This document shows positions 52,001-64,000 of a stretch of 64,000 bases of DNA, piece after piece. The notes under the pieces are model-generated. The model was given only the letters and a program-made list of their open reading frames with translations. It searched no databases and was not told the DNA's origin. Source of the stretch: Selaginella moellendorffii (taxonomy: Eukaryota > Plantae > Lycopodiophyta); NCBI RefSeq assembly GCF_000143415.4, contig NW_003314330.1, positions 712,089 to 776,088 on the forward strand, given 5' to 3'. Each line of letters starts with the position of its first letter. Position 1 is the first letter of the stretch. The position numbers and the translations under genes were made by a program.

Positions 52001-53369
52001 TATCAAGAACCCCCACATATTAAGACTAGTCCCTCAATATCGCTGAATGATAGCTTACCGTGTCTGCCAAACACCCTCACTATCATGCCCTTTGTGTTAG
52101 TCTCATTTCGGTCCCAAATGCTATTTATGGAAAGTGTCCAGATTTGCTCATTTGGCATATCTACGGAATGTAGAGATTGGCCTAAACACAATGGTGTTTG
52201 TCCCATGTCCAAATTCGCAATCTAGTGCCATTCAATATTTAGTAAGTTTCAAGCTTGTCCCACAGACTAACTCCTGATACTAAGGGAGGCTTGGGGTGAA
52301 AGCCCAAAGCGTGTGTTCCTTAGAGGGGGGGGGGGATATGGGGGGTTCCAAATGTATAGTAGGGATAATGGGTAAGTTGGGCATGGCCGACTAACTTGAG
52401 GTATAGTTTAGCTCCCGCTTGCGTGCCTATCCTTGTTTTGCGTCCGGCTTGGGTCTAAGCCCAAGTTTCATTCCATGCTAGCTGATGGAGTACCCATGTC
52501 CTTGTGTTAGGCCACCGATATGCCAAAATAACGCCAGACTCCATTTGGCTCTATTTTGCGTGCTAGTCTTGGCAAAGGGATGCTAAGACTATTCCAAGTC
52601 ACTCTGGGCTTCTGTCCCTTCACTCCTTGGGCTATATGCTCAGGAATTGCTCCATGGTCAGGTTCTATCACTCCTTGACTCCATGTTTGGGAGTTTGGCA
52701 CCATTCCTTCGTTCAGTGGCCCAAGGCTCTAAACCTTGGGTTCCGCACCATTGTCCTTTGGACACATGGCATATGACATGTGGCATGTGTCACGTGGCAT
52801 AAAGAGGGTTTAAGTTCCGCTTCGAGATGGACCCGAGATGGAGTCCAAGATGGACCCGAGATGGAGTCCGAGATGGACCCGAGGTGGAGTCCGAGATGGA
52901 CCCGAGGTGGAGTTCGAGATGAAGTCCGAGATGGAACCAAGACCGAGGCCAAGACCGAGTCCGAGTCTGAATCCAGGACCGAGACCGAGTCCGAGTCCGA
53001 ATACTAATACAGGCAGTTGGGTGAAAGCCCAAAGCGATCATCCCCCAGGGGGGGGGGGGGCCTGCGGGGGGTTCCAAAAGTATAGTAGGGAGAGTGTGGG
53101 GGTTGGAGCCCAGTGGAGCCAGTTTGGCTAGGAAAGGCCAGTTTGGCCCAGGCAGGCCAAACCCAGTGTTGGGTGATGAGCTGACCACTGGGAAGTCCAA
53201 GACTAGAGTGAACACGGACCGATAAGCTGGGTAGCTTGGTGAAGTGTTCAAGAGCCAGCTCTAGTTCCCCCGGGAGATCGACTGGCCGATGCTCCCAGTT
53301 CAAGTGTGGGTGGCACTACCTACTTGGATACCAGGCGTGGCTCAACGAAACCTCGCTCTAAACCCATGG

Positions 53370-53475
53370 AAGCTCTATTTCGTTAAAGTGGGATTTATTC
53401 AGTAAAATGGGACTAGGTACAAATTTTCAAGTATTTGAAAATGACGTGAAATTATATGTTTTTTGTCCAGGGGCT
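53370..53475 (+). mobile_element. Displaced left end (TIR plus 82 bp) of transposon copy 2
   Basis: Identical to 292-397; preceded by ATGG (53366-53369), matching the TSD right of copy 2; ends at the base where copy 2 begins. Confidence 0.92.
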
Positions 53476-53533
53476 TAGTGTTATCCTATGGTAAATCACC
53501 ATAGGATAAAGGGTCAAAACCACGTGTGCTATA

Positions 53534-54050
53534 AACACTATCTTCATCGAGACTAATGAAACTCAATATCAATTCTATGGAGAGACATTTGAGTTCACTT
53601 AAATCTCAACATTAACAATGTCAACAACAAGGCATCACTTCAATGCCATCAATATTAAAACAAAGCTAGAAGAAAGCAAGAGCGAATCACCACCCAAAAC
53701 TCTTTAACAACTAAACTAACCAAGGTCAAAGATACTTTAGTTAATATCCGAAACTAATCCCTCAGCAAAACTTAATTGTAAATAACATTTCCTCAAGAAG
53801 TGAATCACCACATCCAAGACTCAATGAAATCCAACACTATAAACTAAACGCAACCAACAAAAGTAGAATCGACATGCCAACATGGAAAACCCATGTAAGT
53901 CTAATAACACGATCCTCTGTAACACCATCCGGTAAAGTAAACCTCTCTCTAATACCATATGTAGCACATTTTATCTCTCTCCCCATAAGCCAATTGGAAA
54001 AGGGGCAATTGCTTAATGACAAAGCCTTTAGTAGCTATTTTATCCCTATT
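53534..54050 (-). mobile_element. Diverged inverted copy of family C internal region
   Basis: Reverse-complement similarity to about 49290-49800, e.g. AATGAAACTCAATATCAAT. Right end approximate. Confidence 0.65.
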
Positions 54051-54688
54051 TATTCTATAAGGTTTTAAGGATTCATAGTGATAGTATATCCAAATCTCAT
54101 CCCATAATCACATACGCTACATTAAATTTATGAATATGCATATTTTTATATTTAATGCCCTTACATTTTATAAAGATGTTTGAAATAAGTAGTACTACCC
54201 AAACCCAATGACATTTAACCTTAAGTATTTTAAAACCTTTAACCGATTCGAAAAAAAAAGGTGCATTTTTGTTTATGAGCCCGTTTTTAATATATTTGAA
54301 CCCCTATGGATCATCTATTGAGTCATTCTCTTTAATTGTTAACTTTTTTTTTATTATACAAATTAAAACAAAACCTTGAGTGTTAGTCTACAATTAGTTA
54401 ATAGCTCTCAATTTCCACACGTTGTTACTTAAAACAAAAGTTTTAAAAAACATAAAATCATTTAATTAATACTTATGCTTTATGATTTAGCCAATTGTTA
54501 GATTTTGAGAGAAAGAATGTTAATGGATGCATTAGCACTTAAAAACCTTAGAATTTAAATAAAGAAAGTTATATGTGTAAAGTAGTAATTTCAAGTCATA
54601 TATGTGGTGCCATCTAGACAAGTTTTGCCTCTGATGCTTTTGAAAGACATAGATTCACCAAGCTTAAATCTTAAGATTTGAGTTGTAA

Positions 54689-55585
54689 ATGTTTAAAATA
54701 ATGTTCTCTATCTTCTTGATATTATTCATAAAATTTACTATTTCAACTATAAATTTTTATCTACAAAATAGTATGACAATTGAGAGTGTTAATTTAATTA
54801 TTCTTGCTCTTGAATTAATGATTAATAACACTGAATCTGGAGAGTTACCAAAAGGTCAAAGTATGCAATATGATTATACAATACAAGATGATATATATGG
54901 TACTTTAAGCATGACAAATCAAATATGGATTTATAGTTCAAATGGAAAATCTATTGATACAACTTGTGGAGCAAATCTTGTTGAATATGAACACGATGAT
55001 GGTGATAATGTAAGACATAGATTGACTACTCTATTAAATTTATATTGTAATCATATTCTAAATTTACATGCAAGATTTGTTAGAATAGTGTTTGGTTCTT
55101 ATGCTATTGAGTTTATGGAAAAATATTCTGCACGTGGATTACCACAAATTGAAAATACTATATCCAATAATTTACATGATTGTAGAATTGATCTCACTAC
55201 TTTAATTAGTAACATGCCTTACAATTCCTTAAAAGCTACTGAATTTTTATTATCACCAAATAAGAAAGCTTATTTATATTTACATTTAAATTGCATTATT
55301 TATGTAAGAAATGTTATAAAATGGTATAAAGGATCTTCAAATTTTAAAAACTGTGAATTTAAGATAGAAATGGATGGGAATATTGTACTGTATTCTGATA
55401 ATTCAATTATGGTTTGGTCTCCTAATATATATTGTAATAAGAAGAGAAATTGTGATATAGTAAAAACATTTCTTTCTCTTCAAAGTGACTGTAATTTGGT
55501 ATTATATGAATCCCATCAAAAAACATTTTTAAAACATCCTAAATTGAAGGTATTGTGGGCTTCAAATACAAACCCATGCAATTAA
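54689..55585 (+). CDS. Secreted or membrane-anchored protein with C-terminal bulb-type (B-)lectin domain
   Basis: Intronless 298-aa ORF; hydrophobic N-terminus; EMDGNIVLY..VWS and LQSDCNLVLY..VLWASNT motifs. Confidence 0.7.
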   Translation: MFKIMFSIFLILFIKFTISTINFYLQNSMTIESVNLIILALELMINNTESGELPKGQSMQYDYTIQDDIYGTLSMTNQIWIYSSNGKSIDTTCGANLVEYEHDDGDNVRHRLTTLLNLYCNHILNLHARFVRIVFGSYAIEFMEKYSARGLPQIENTISNNLHDCRIDLTTLISNMPYNSLKATEFLLSPNKKAYLYLHLNCIIYVRNVIKWYKGSSNFKNCEFKIEMDGNIVLYSDNSIMVWSPNIYCNKKRNCDIVKTFLSLQSDCNLVLYESHQKTFLKHPKLKVLWASNTNPCN

Positions 55586-55812
55586 TTGTAATTCCTTTGC
55601 AAATTGAGAGAAAACTGTGATAATTTGTATACAATTAGTCAACAATTCTCAAAAGAAATAAAAACTCTACCTACTTCAATTGCTTCCTTAGAGAAACTCC
55701 TTAATACGGTTTCTATGTTTTTTGAGATGTAGTTTAGATTTACATGCAGTTTAAGGGTAATTTGAAGTTAAAAGTGAAGAACCCTAGAAATATTTCTCTT
55801 TCGATTCTAACG

Positions 55813-58168
55813 CTACATTCTCACGGCGATCGGGCTGCGCACAACGTGCACTCCATCTTCCCAGGTGAGATCCGAGAAGCTCCATTTCCGCGCTTGGGGA
55901 TCCGCCGCTATGGATCCCTTGGCGGAGACGGTGACGCTGTAGCTCAGCTTCTGTCCGGCGCTTGTGAAGCTCAGCTTGCTGGGAGTGACCGAGATCGAGA
56001 TTCCTTTGGCGCTTCCCACGGAAGCGGTGTAGGTCGCCCTGGGATTTCCCACATTGGTCACTGTCCTCTCCACGGTCTTGCTGGATCCATCCAAGAGGAC
56101 TGCGATGGAGGGATAGTTGAGGCTGAAAGAGGTGTCGTTCCTGGGGCATTTGCTGCTACTGTCGCCTGTGATGTTTTGGATTTGCTTGGAGGTATAGCCC
56201 GAGTTACAGAGATAGGTGATATAGTCGAGAGGATCAGTGTCGTAGACTAGTCCTGGATCGACTGCTTTCGCTGGTTGGATCTCACCGTTTCCAACGTCGA
56301 AAACAGTCGCTGCCTTGTTAGTGCTTGGATCGACGATTGTTTTGTTGGTGTTGTCTTTGGTGATGGCTGCCAAGAACACTCTTGAGTCTCCAGTTTTATT
56401 TTGTTTTCTCTCGACTTACCTGTGGTCATGACTGCTGATTTGATCGCCGCAGGACTCCATGTTGGGTGAATGGATTTCAAGTAAGCGATGGTGCCACTGA
56501 CGTGAGGGCACGCCATGGAAGTTCCAGAGAGAAAAGTGTACTCCACGAACACTTCCTTTCCATTGTCAGTGTCGGGGATATTGCTTGGCCAAGCTGCTAA
56601 GATCTCGACTCCTGGAGCGGTAACGTCCGGCTGCAACGCGAGATAAGTCACAAGCTTCATGGTATGTCTTTCGAGTACCTTGATGATATCCGGACTGATT
56701 GTGTGTGGACCTCTTGACGAAAACTCCGCTACGACAGGTGCTGGCTTGTAAGGAATCGTTGTTCCTCTGAGAATTCGTGATTTACGACTGCACAGAAACC
56801 ACGAGGCCGAGAGTAAGTTTCCATCACCTTTTGATCATCTGTTATACTTACTTGGCTGCTATTTTAGCATCCTCGTTGATATCCCTGTCGATTGTACTGG
56901 CACCGACTGTGAAGATCCAGGGAGCACCATTGGACACCGATCCAGTAAATGGTCCAGAGTTTCCACCAGCGCAAGAGACCATGATCCCTCTTTCAACGGC
57001 GTGATAGGCACCAATCGCAATGACGTCTACGCTGTAAACTGCGGGATAGCCTCCGAGTGAGATGGACAGGACATCCACGCCGTCGTTGATGGCATCGTCG
57101 AAACCCGCAGCGATGTCAACCTCCTCGCAGCTATCCGTCCAGCAGACTTTGTACATGGCGATCCGAGCATTTGGAGCTCCTCCTCGGGCCGTGCCAGGAG
57201 CGAGTCCTCTCTTACTCGCGTGTGGAACCAGGCTTCCAGCAGCTGTCGACGACGTATGAGTTCCATGTCCAACCGAGTCTCTCGAGTTCTTGTATGGACC
57301 CGTCGAGACTTTCGCTCCGTTATAGTATCTGGCTCCAACGAGCTTCCTGGTAAGGAGTTCAATCATCACTTTAGTCTAATCTTGTGGCAAACTCTAACAC
57401 GTACTTGTTGCAGTTGACAGTCTCATTGGCTTTGGTGCCTGGTGGATTGACGCAAGTTCCTTTCCAACGAGCTGGCACAGGTCCCATGTCGGTGTCCTTG
57501 AAACTCTCCGACTCCGGCCAGATTCCTACGCACAGAAGAAGTAAGCACAGCGAGCTTTTTCAAGTGAGTTTTGTGAAGTTACCTGTGTCCAGAAGCCCGA
57601 CGATCACGTCAGTGGGAGCACTTGGAGAACCAGCGTGACTGCTTTTGGCTGGCATGGCCATGCCGAGGAAATCCCACGAGTGTGTTGTCAGTGGATGGAG
57701 CGTTTTGCTGGGATAGATGTTGAGGACCTCAGGCATTCCTACACAGTGGTAACGATCAGTTTGTACTTTTCATGTGTTAAGCAATGACTAACTGGAGATT
57801 GTTTCGGCCTCTTGTTCGGTCAGGTACGCCGAGAATCCACTGAAGGCGTACTTGTAGCTGAAGATGATGGACGAGCGAGCATTCTCGATGCTGCAAAACA
57901 AATTCTCGGAAGCGTGAGCGTCGCCAAGACACAAAAGGAATCGATCAAACCTTCCAACAGCTCTGGCAAGTATGTCATGGTGGATCAAGGTGAGCTCGCT
58001 CGATTCCACTCCTTTGCTAGTTCCCAGATATGCGATATAGGCCTGGAAGTTTTTCCACTTTGAAGCTTTAAGCACGCTGGAAATCATTCTCACCTTCTTT
58101 GTAGGAGACCCGAGAATCGCTTGGCACTGGAAGAGCAAGCAAGCAAGAAGTAGAAGCTGGAAAACCAT
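55813..58168 (-). CDS. Subtilisin-like serine protease (S8 subtilase) with I9 prodomain and Fn3-like C-terminus, multi-exon
   Basis: Signal peptide, [53 protein letters not shown]; GT-AG introns. Confidence 0.93.
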
Positions 58169-58471
58169 CTTTGCTTGCTTGCTAGGCTTGAGAAGCTATG
58201 GAGGAGAAAATCTTATTTATACTTGCGATTATAATTGTCATTTAGAATGTGTTAGAATGTGGAAGATTCTTTAGCGAAGAACTATTGTGAATGATACTCA
58301 ACGTCCGAATTTTTCTGGGATTGTAAAAGACAGGACATTACTGTCACTATTTCACGTTGACTTTTTTCGTTTTTACGCGGAAGAGCTTCACAGTTTATTT
58401 ACTTATTAATTAATGGTAGAATCTTCACATTTTTACAAAGCTCCAAAGAGCTTGGAGCTGTTCTTGTCTTT

Positions 58472-59376
58472 TTACGCGGCGGTGGCTGGATCTTTGCCGC
58501 AACCCATGAGCAAATGCGTGATCATCATGTTTCCTCGTCTCACCGATTCGGCCAATCGTCCCACCAGCGGGAGCTTCACTGTGTCTCTCGATTTTAATGG
58601 CTGCTTATGCCACCTGAAAACACGAAGTAAGTCTCTAAACAAAGTAGATCATGGCTTACAAGTCTTGGTGGCTGATCACTTTCCCATTCTCGACCTGATC
58701 AAAGAAGAAAGAATCGAAAACTGTGAGAGATTCTTCTGACGAAAATGGAAGAGATTCTTCTCAAGCTTTTCTTAATACCTTGAGCTTGATGAGTGACGGC
58801 ACGTCGATTAGCCGGCCCAGAAACTTGTAGTGTTGGACGTTGTCAATGCGAATCTCTCCATTCTCTGGCTCTTCCACAACGCTGTAGTCGTCCGAGATTC
58901 GTCCCTCGCTAAACACCTTCCAATCCATCGATGCGTTAGAAGCGGAATCACTCGAATTTGTGGACATGGCTTCTCTTCTCTTACCTTGGGAATGGAGTAG
59001 AAGGCCGATTTGATCTGCGGGACACTGCGCAAGAAGAAATCACATAGAATGAATCGATCGATCGAGAGAGCGATGGCTTGATACCCTTTTGCGCGCATCA
59101 GCGGGTCCTCAAACGTGGCATTCGATGCGTAGACATCAAAATCCGCCGCGGTCGCCTTGCAATTGTATCTAAAACCATGAAATCTCGAGGGATTGGCAGC
59201 GAAAGCAATCGAAATGGCGCACTTACAGGTTGAGAATGTGAGGAAGAATGCTCCGCGCGAGCTGACTCAGGCCATCTGGCGCCAAGAACGCGTCAAAACG
59301 ATACGCCGATCGATAATTCGATGGAAATCCTACCTTGTGTCGCGTCGCCCTTGGTTGCCGCCGATGGATCCGCCAT
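58472..59376 (-). CDS. Small multi-exon gene of unknown function
   Basis: ATG at 59376, several short GT-AG introns and coding-like exons (e.g. 58780-58980); head-to-head with the synaptotagmin. Exon structure not resolved. Confidence 0.4.
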
Positions 59377-59671
59377 AGCCGACACTCCACAGCTCAAAAC
59401 CTTGCGTCTACAAAGAAGGCTACAAGACTGTAGAAACAACGCTTTGGACATTTACGTTTAAACAGTGTTATGGATAATTAGGTTTTACACGTGTCGCGTT
59501 TGCATGGCCTAGTGGATCCGTGGCAATCCTACGGCTGCCCACATGGCGAGCAAGTACCGTGACGCGATCGCGACCGTCCATCGTGGTTAATGGCAAAAAG
59601 AGAGTAAAGAGAGATTCTCATTTTCTTCGAGCTTAATCTTTTGATCGATCGATCGAATTCTTGTCGCGGCG

Positions 59672-61833
59672 ATGGAGGCGAGCTCTAATCTGGCATGGAC
59701 GCTGATCCGGGAGGAGAGGTCGCGGATCGCGATCGCCACGGTCGCGGCGCTGGCGCCGCTGGTATGGGGAGGTCTGGTTTGGGTGTCCAGGCTTTCTTTC
59801 ATCGGGCAGATCATCGCCGGGACCGTCATGGGGATGGGAACCATGGGGGCTTTCCATTACCTCGGCGTCTATCGGACGCGCAAGCGAATGCACAAGGTAA
59901 TTCTTTCTAGAGTGAGGCCAATCGTTCCAGATGGTTTTTAAATTCTTTCTTCCCGCAGGCTGTGACAATCGCGCAGCTCTCCATTGCTGATGCTCAGGTT
60001 CTAAAGAGATTTCTTCCTATCGAGGCACTGCCAAGCTGGATCCAAAACATCACAGACTTTGAAAAGGTACCGGACGATCACATTAGAACTTCTATCACTT
60101 TGTGCTTGACAAAACCAACTTACAGGTTACTTGGCTCAACAGGGAGCTCGAAGAAGTTTGGCCTTTCTTGGATCAAGCAGCCTCGGAGATGATCAGGATG
60201 CAAATCCAACCAGTGCTGGATCAATACAAGTTTGGGCCGATCCAGAAACTCAACGTAAAGTCCGTTACTCTGGGAAAGGTTGCTCCTATGATCGGAGGTA
60301 TGTGCGTTCTTTCTTTTTTTTGTTTTCTCAGCTCAATCGTTGTCCTTTCTTTCACCAGGCATTAAGTTCACTGGCGTAGGGAAGAACGAAGCAATGGTGG
60401 AAGTTGAAATCGACTGGAGGCATGGTGAAGATCAGAAGTTTACTCTTGAAGTACAGACAACTGGACCGGATTTCACTGTTCAGGTAATGGACTCGTTTTG
60501 TGACGCTTGGAAATATATGTTGTGATTCGCAGGTGAAAGACTTTGTCTTCTATGGAATTCTGAGAGCTGTTCTCAAGCCTCTCACCGACCAGTTGCCGTG
60601 CTTTGGTGCCGCTGTGGTTTCGCTGAGAGAACCTGTAAGTGTGCTCCTTTTCATCGACATCACTCATGTCTTGTTCAATGCACAGCCTACCATAGATTTC
60701 AAGACTAAGTTCCTCGGCGGTGACCTGCTCCAGCTCCCTGGTCTGGACGGAATGATCGACGTGAGCATAAGCTTTTCTTTGGTTTGAAGCTGTGTTTCAA
60801 CTTTGATTTGGTTGGCAGGAAATCATAAGGAACGCGGTGATGGATTTGCTTGTCTGGCCGAATAGGATGGTGATTCCAATACTTCCCGGCGACTACAGGT
60901 ATCCCGGAAAGATTGTGTGGATTGTTTTTCTTATCCTGGCCATCCTTGGGTTGCAGCTTTATGGAAATGCGACCTGTCGCTTATCTTGAAGTCCACATCA
61001 TAGAAGCCAAGCGTTTGCTCAACAAGGAAACGTTCGGCAAGTCTGATCCCTTCGTCTATGTGTACGTCCGACAAAAGCAAGAGCTCATGCAAAGAACGGC
61101 CACCAAAAGCAACACGAGCAATCCCACTTGGAACGAGCACTTTATCGTCGACGTAAGCAAAGTCTAGATTCTCTTCCACTGCTTAAGTTTCTGTTTCGAA
61201 GGTCGAGGATCCCCAGACCCAGAAGCTAAACCTCAGGGTGATGGACTCGGACCAGATGAACTCTGCTGATTTTCTTGGCTTTGCGGAGATCCCCATTCGA
61301 GAGGTAAAAAGACTCGTCCATTTCCTCACAGACAGAGACACCGTTTCTTTCAGCTGGAACCAAACACGCCGAAGGATATGTGGGTGAAACTTGTCAAAGA
61401 TCCTCGAAAGCCTCAAGACGAGAAAAACCGAGGGGAGATCCATCTCGTTGTCACGTTCAAGCCTCACAAGCACATCAACGAAGACGAGCAGGAGCTCTTG
61501 CCTCCCGTGCCAGAGGGCGCTGGCGTCGCTCCTCCCACCGAGAAAAGCAAAGAAGACGAAGCCAAGAAGAGCGTCTCCACACCCGAGCAACCGGAAACCA
61601 AGACCGCCACTCCAGCTCAAGAACACGATGGTGGCGGTGGTGATAGAGTAACAGCAGGTGGATTGGTGCTAAACAGGGCTGCGAGACCACCAACCAATGA
61701 GCCCATCGAAGGAACAAATCCAGAAGCTTTACCGGCAGAGAAGAAAGAATCGCTGGCACCATCGACTCCAACCAAAGAAAATGCCAAGGCTGCCGGGACT
61801 GAGACGATGAACCAAGATGGAGCTACCGAATAG
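59672..61833 (+). CDS. Plant synaptotagmin (TM-SMP-single C2, acidic tail; CLB1/SYT7-like architecture)
   Basis: N-terminal TM; DFEK|VTWLNRELEEVWPF, LKPL..PCFGA, WPNRMVIP (SMP); GKSDPFV..NPTWNE..VMDSD (C2); about 10 short introns. Confidence 0.9.
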
Positions 61834-62302
61834 AGTCTGGAGGAGAGCGGCAATAAAGGTGAGAACTTTGAAGATCACTACTGCGACGTAGTGTTTTATT
61901 CTCAAGAGTTTCGTTGTTTTTCCACGGAAAAAAAGAACTCTTCGTTCTACGTTACCAGGGGTGGTAGCACACTATGTACATGCCTCTTGAAGATAGAAAA
62001 AGAACTTTCGGAGCTCTTGGCACTCACAAATGTTACCCCCCTGAAAGAATTTTTTCTTTGTTTCCCAGAAACTTGGTCAGTTGATCCAAGCTCTATCCTG
62101 TTCTAAAAAAAAGGTTGTCATGAACCTATGAAGCACAGATTGATTGTACACACCTCACCAGGTTCTAACTTACCGGGGCTCCATGCTTTCGAAGCGACTG
62201 TACAAAGCTTTTCTTTCAGGAAACAAAAGGAAGCGAGAGGCCCTTTTCTTCTTCCAGTCGTAGCTTCACTGTCGTCCAGCAGTGTGTTCGTCGTCGTCGT
62301 CG

Positions 62303-64000
62303 TCAAGTCTCGAGAGGTCCACTCACTGCTGCCTTGATCCTGCTGAGAGCCACCCTTACGGGAACGCAAGCAGCCACAGGCCAGTTCTCTTCCTCAAACT
62401 CACGTCCGTTCCAAGCTCTTCCTCCGCCTGTGTTATTCACCCCTATCCCCGTCCCCTGTAAATGTACACCGGGCCTCTGCTCGCTCGCGATCGATGACAG
62501 CGTCCTCGTCTTCCTCGACGACGCCACCACCTTCTTCACCAGCCTCTTGGACAGGCTCTCCTTGTGTGGCGCCTTGGCCTTTCTCCGCGAAGAAGAGCTT
62601 CCAGCAATCCCTTCTTGTCTAAAACAGGTATCCTGTTCTTCGTCAGACGTACCGCCCTCGATGGCCTCCACAACCACGGGGTATCCAACTACAGCTCGCC
62701 TGGTCAGTTTGCTCGCTAGTAGAACCATTGGCACCGACGGCTTCTGGACGATGCTGTCTTTCTCCACTGGAACGTCCAGCCATTCCTCCTGGTACCATGC
62801 AGTTTCCTTCTCGGTCTTGATCTGTCCGAGCCTCGAGGGTGGTCTTTTCGCTGTAACCTGTTCCGTGTCACCCGACGCACCTTCGTCGTGCTCCTGCTTT
62901 ACAAGAATCCTTCTCGGTGCTGCCCCTGGAAAACGCAAAACTTCATTGGTTAGCAGCAGCACCACCTTTTTTCACGGCTAAAAGACAGACTAAACCTTCT
63001 TCTCGCAGCTTTCTCAAACACCGTCTCGCCCTCTGGTGATCCGTTTCGTACCCTCTTCGTGCGCTTTCAAATAGTTCCTGAAAAGGACAAGTCAGAAATC
63101 GCGGACAGCTGACAAAGAGGCGACTCACATTGCTGAAAAAAAATCTTCCTCTCAGACTTACTTCTTCAGAGGGATGAGATCCATCGCAGCAATCACCGGT
63201 GGCATGACCGGAGAAACTGCAGCAAGTCCTGTCGGCTACACCTGTCGTATTGTTAGAAAAATCCTCTCTGCAACCTTCGGCGACTGAAGAAGTAAATTCC
63301 ACACCCATCCTCTCCAGCCCCCCTACAGCCTGGTTTCCTTCTACAAGAGCATCATCCTCGTCTACTATGTGCATCAGCTCACCGTCACCCGACAGAAACT
63401 TTGCACTGCTTTCCAAAACCTGCGTAAGCGGCCTCCTGCGGTCACGCTTCCTAAGCGATCCTTCCTCCCCTGCCCCGCCAGCCACAGTTCTCTTCCTCTT
63501 TGTAGTAAACGATGGAACTTTAATGCCATTTAATGTTGAGCCCTTCCCACTCTGAGTCACGCAACTCTGGTGATTCTCTATGTTCTCATCGTAGACACTG
63601 GCAGACCTTCTCCCTCTTCCGGCTGTTCGAAGTCCAAAGTCCTGCAATCCCCGCATTCTACGAAGTCCTTCCACCTCGTCCTCGTCGGGGTTCCACTCTT
63701 GCTCTTCTTGCCCCCTACCGGAGGAGGAAAGCCCACCAGAGTTATCGTCCTCTTCTGGATAAACTCGAGAATTCCCCGAATCCGTGTCATCGTCTGATAC
63801 TATCGGTTTTACCACCCGTTTTCGTCGTGATCGTGAGCGTGAGCGTGAACGAGTGCCTTCGACAGTGCTTACTTCCCTCTCCCCGTCATACTGTTCCCTC
63901 TTTCTGTATGCCGAGGACTCCACGAACCCGGACGAGCACTCCAGCTGCTGCCTCTCCAACTCCAAAGCATGGAGAATAGCATCCTCTCGCCGTGCATACT
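62303..64000 (-). CDS. PWO: PWWP-domain interactor of Polycomb (PWO) family protein, 3' part
   Basis: YARREDAILHALELE at the window edge, VPMVLLASKL..VGYPVVVE, SSRKTRTLSSI and C-terminal ACVPVRVALSRI match the PWO1/At1g51745/At3g21295 family. Confidence 0.8.

Larger units (their letters stand above)
40237..53533 (+). mobile_element. LTR family C element, non-coding (LARD-like), host of element B and of the displaced 651-bp piece
   Basis: LTR stub ends CTACA at 40271; PBS 40274-40285; T-rich internal region without long ORFs; purine tract near 52282; 3' LTR about 52292-53533. Confidence 0.7.

Overview
Plant nuclear DNA. The very short GT-AG introns, compact genes and chromoviral LTR elements suggest a lycophyte such as Selaginella (inference). 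Bases 1-54,000 are a nested transposon cluster; 54,600-64,000 holds host genes (AT-rich bulb-lectin ORF, PA-less subtilase, small unknown gene, synaptotagmin, 3' part of a PWO-type PWWP gene). The main object is a 13.55-kb TIR DNA transposon (24-bp TIR AAGCTCTATTTCGTTAAAGTGGGA, 4-bp TSD, Sola-like DDD transposase) inserted twice, independently, into one LTR. It carries a divergently transcribed multi-exon cargo gene with a ParB/DGQHR-like domain and a degenerate beta-class DNA-methyltransferase-like fold, followed by an FCP1-type HAD phosphatase. It is covered by about 30 copies of a 22-bp palindrome (ATGGCRTG-N6-CAYGCCAT), many placed one per tiny intron, which resembles a ParB/parS system inside a plant transposon. 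Also seen: a 651-bp piece including the left end of copy 2 moved cleanly 39 kb downstream, a Tf1-type self-priming chromovirus with an internal inversion, a chromovirus with an in-frame RT-integrase deletion, and tRNA T-arm/B-box hairpins shared by two LTR families. Domain calls are by eye from motifs; no database searches were run.
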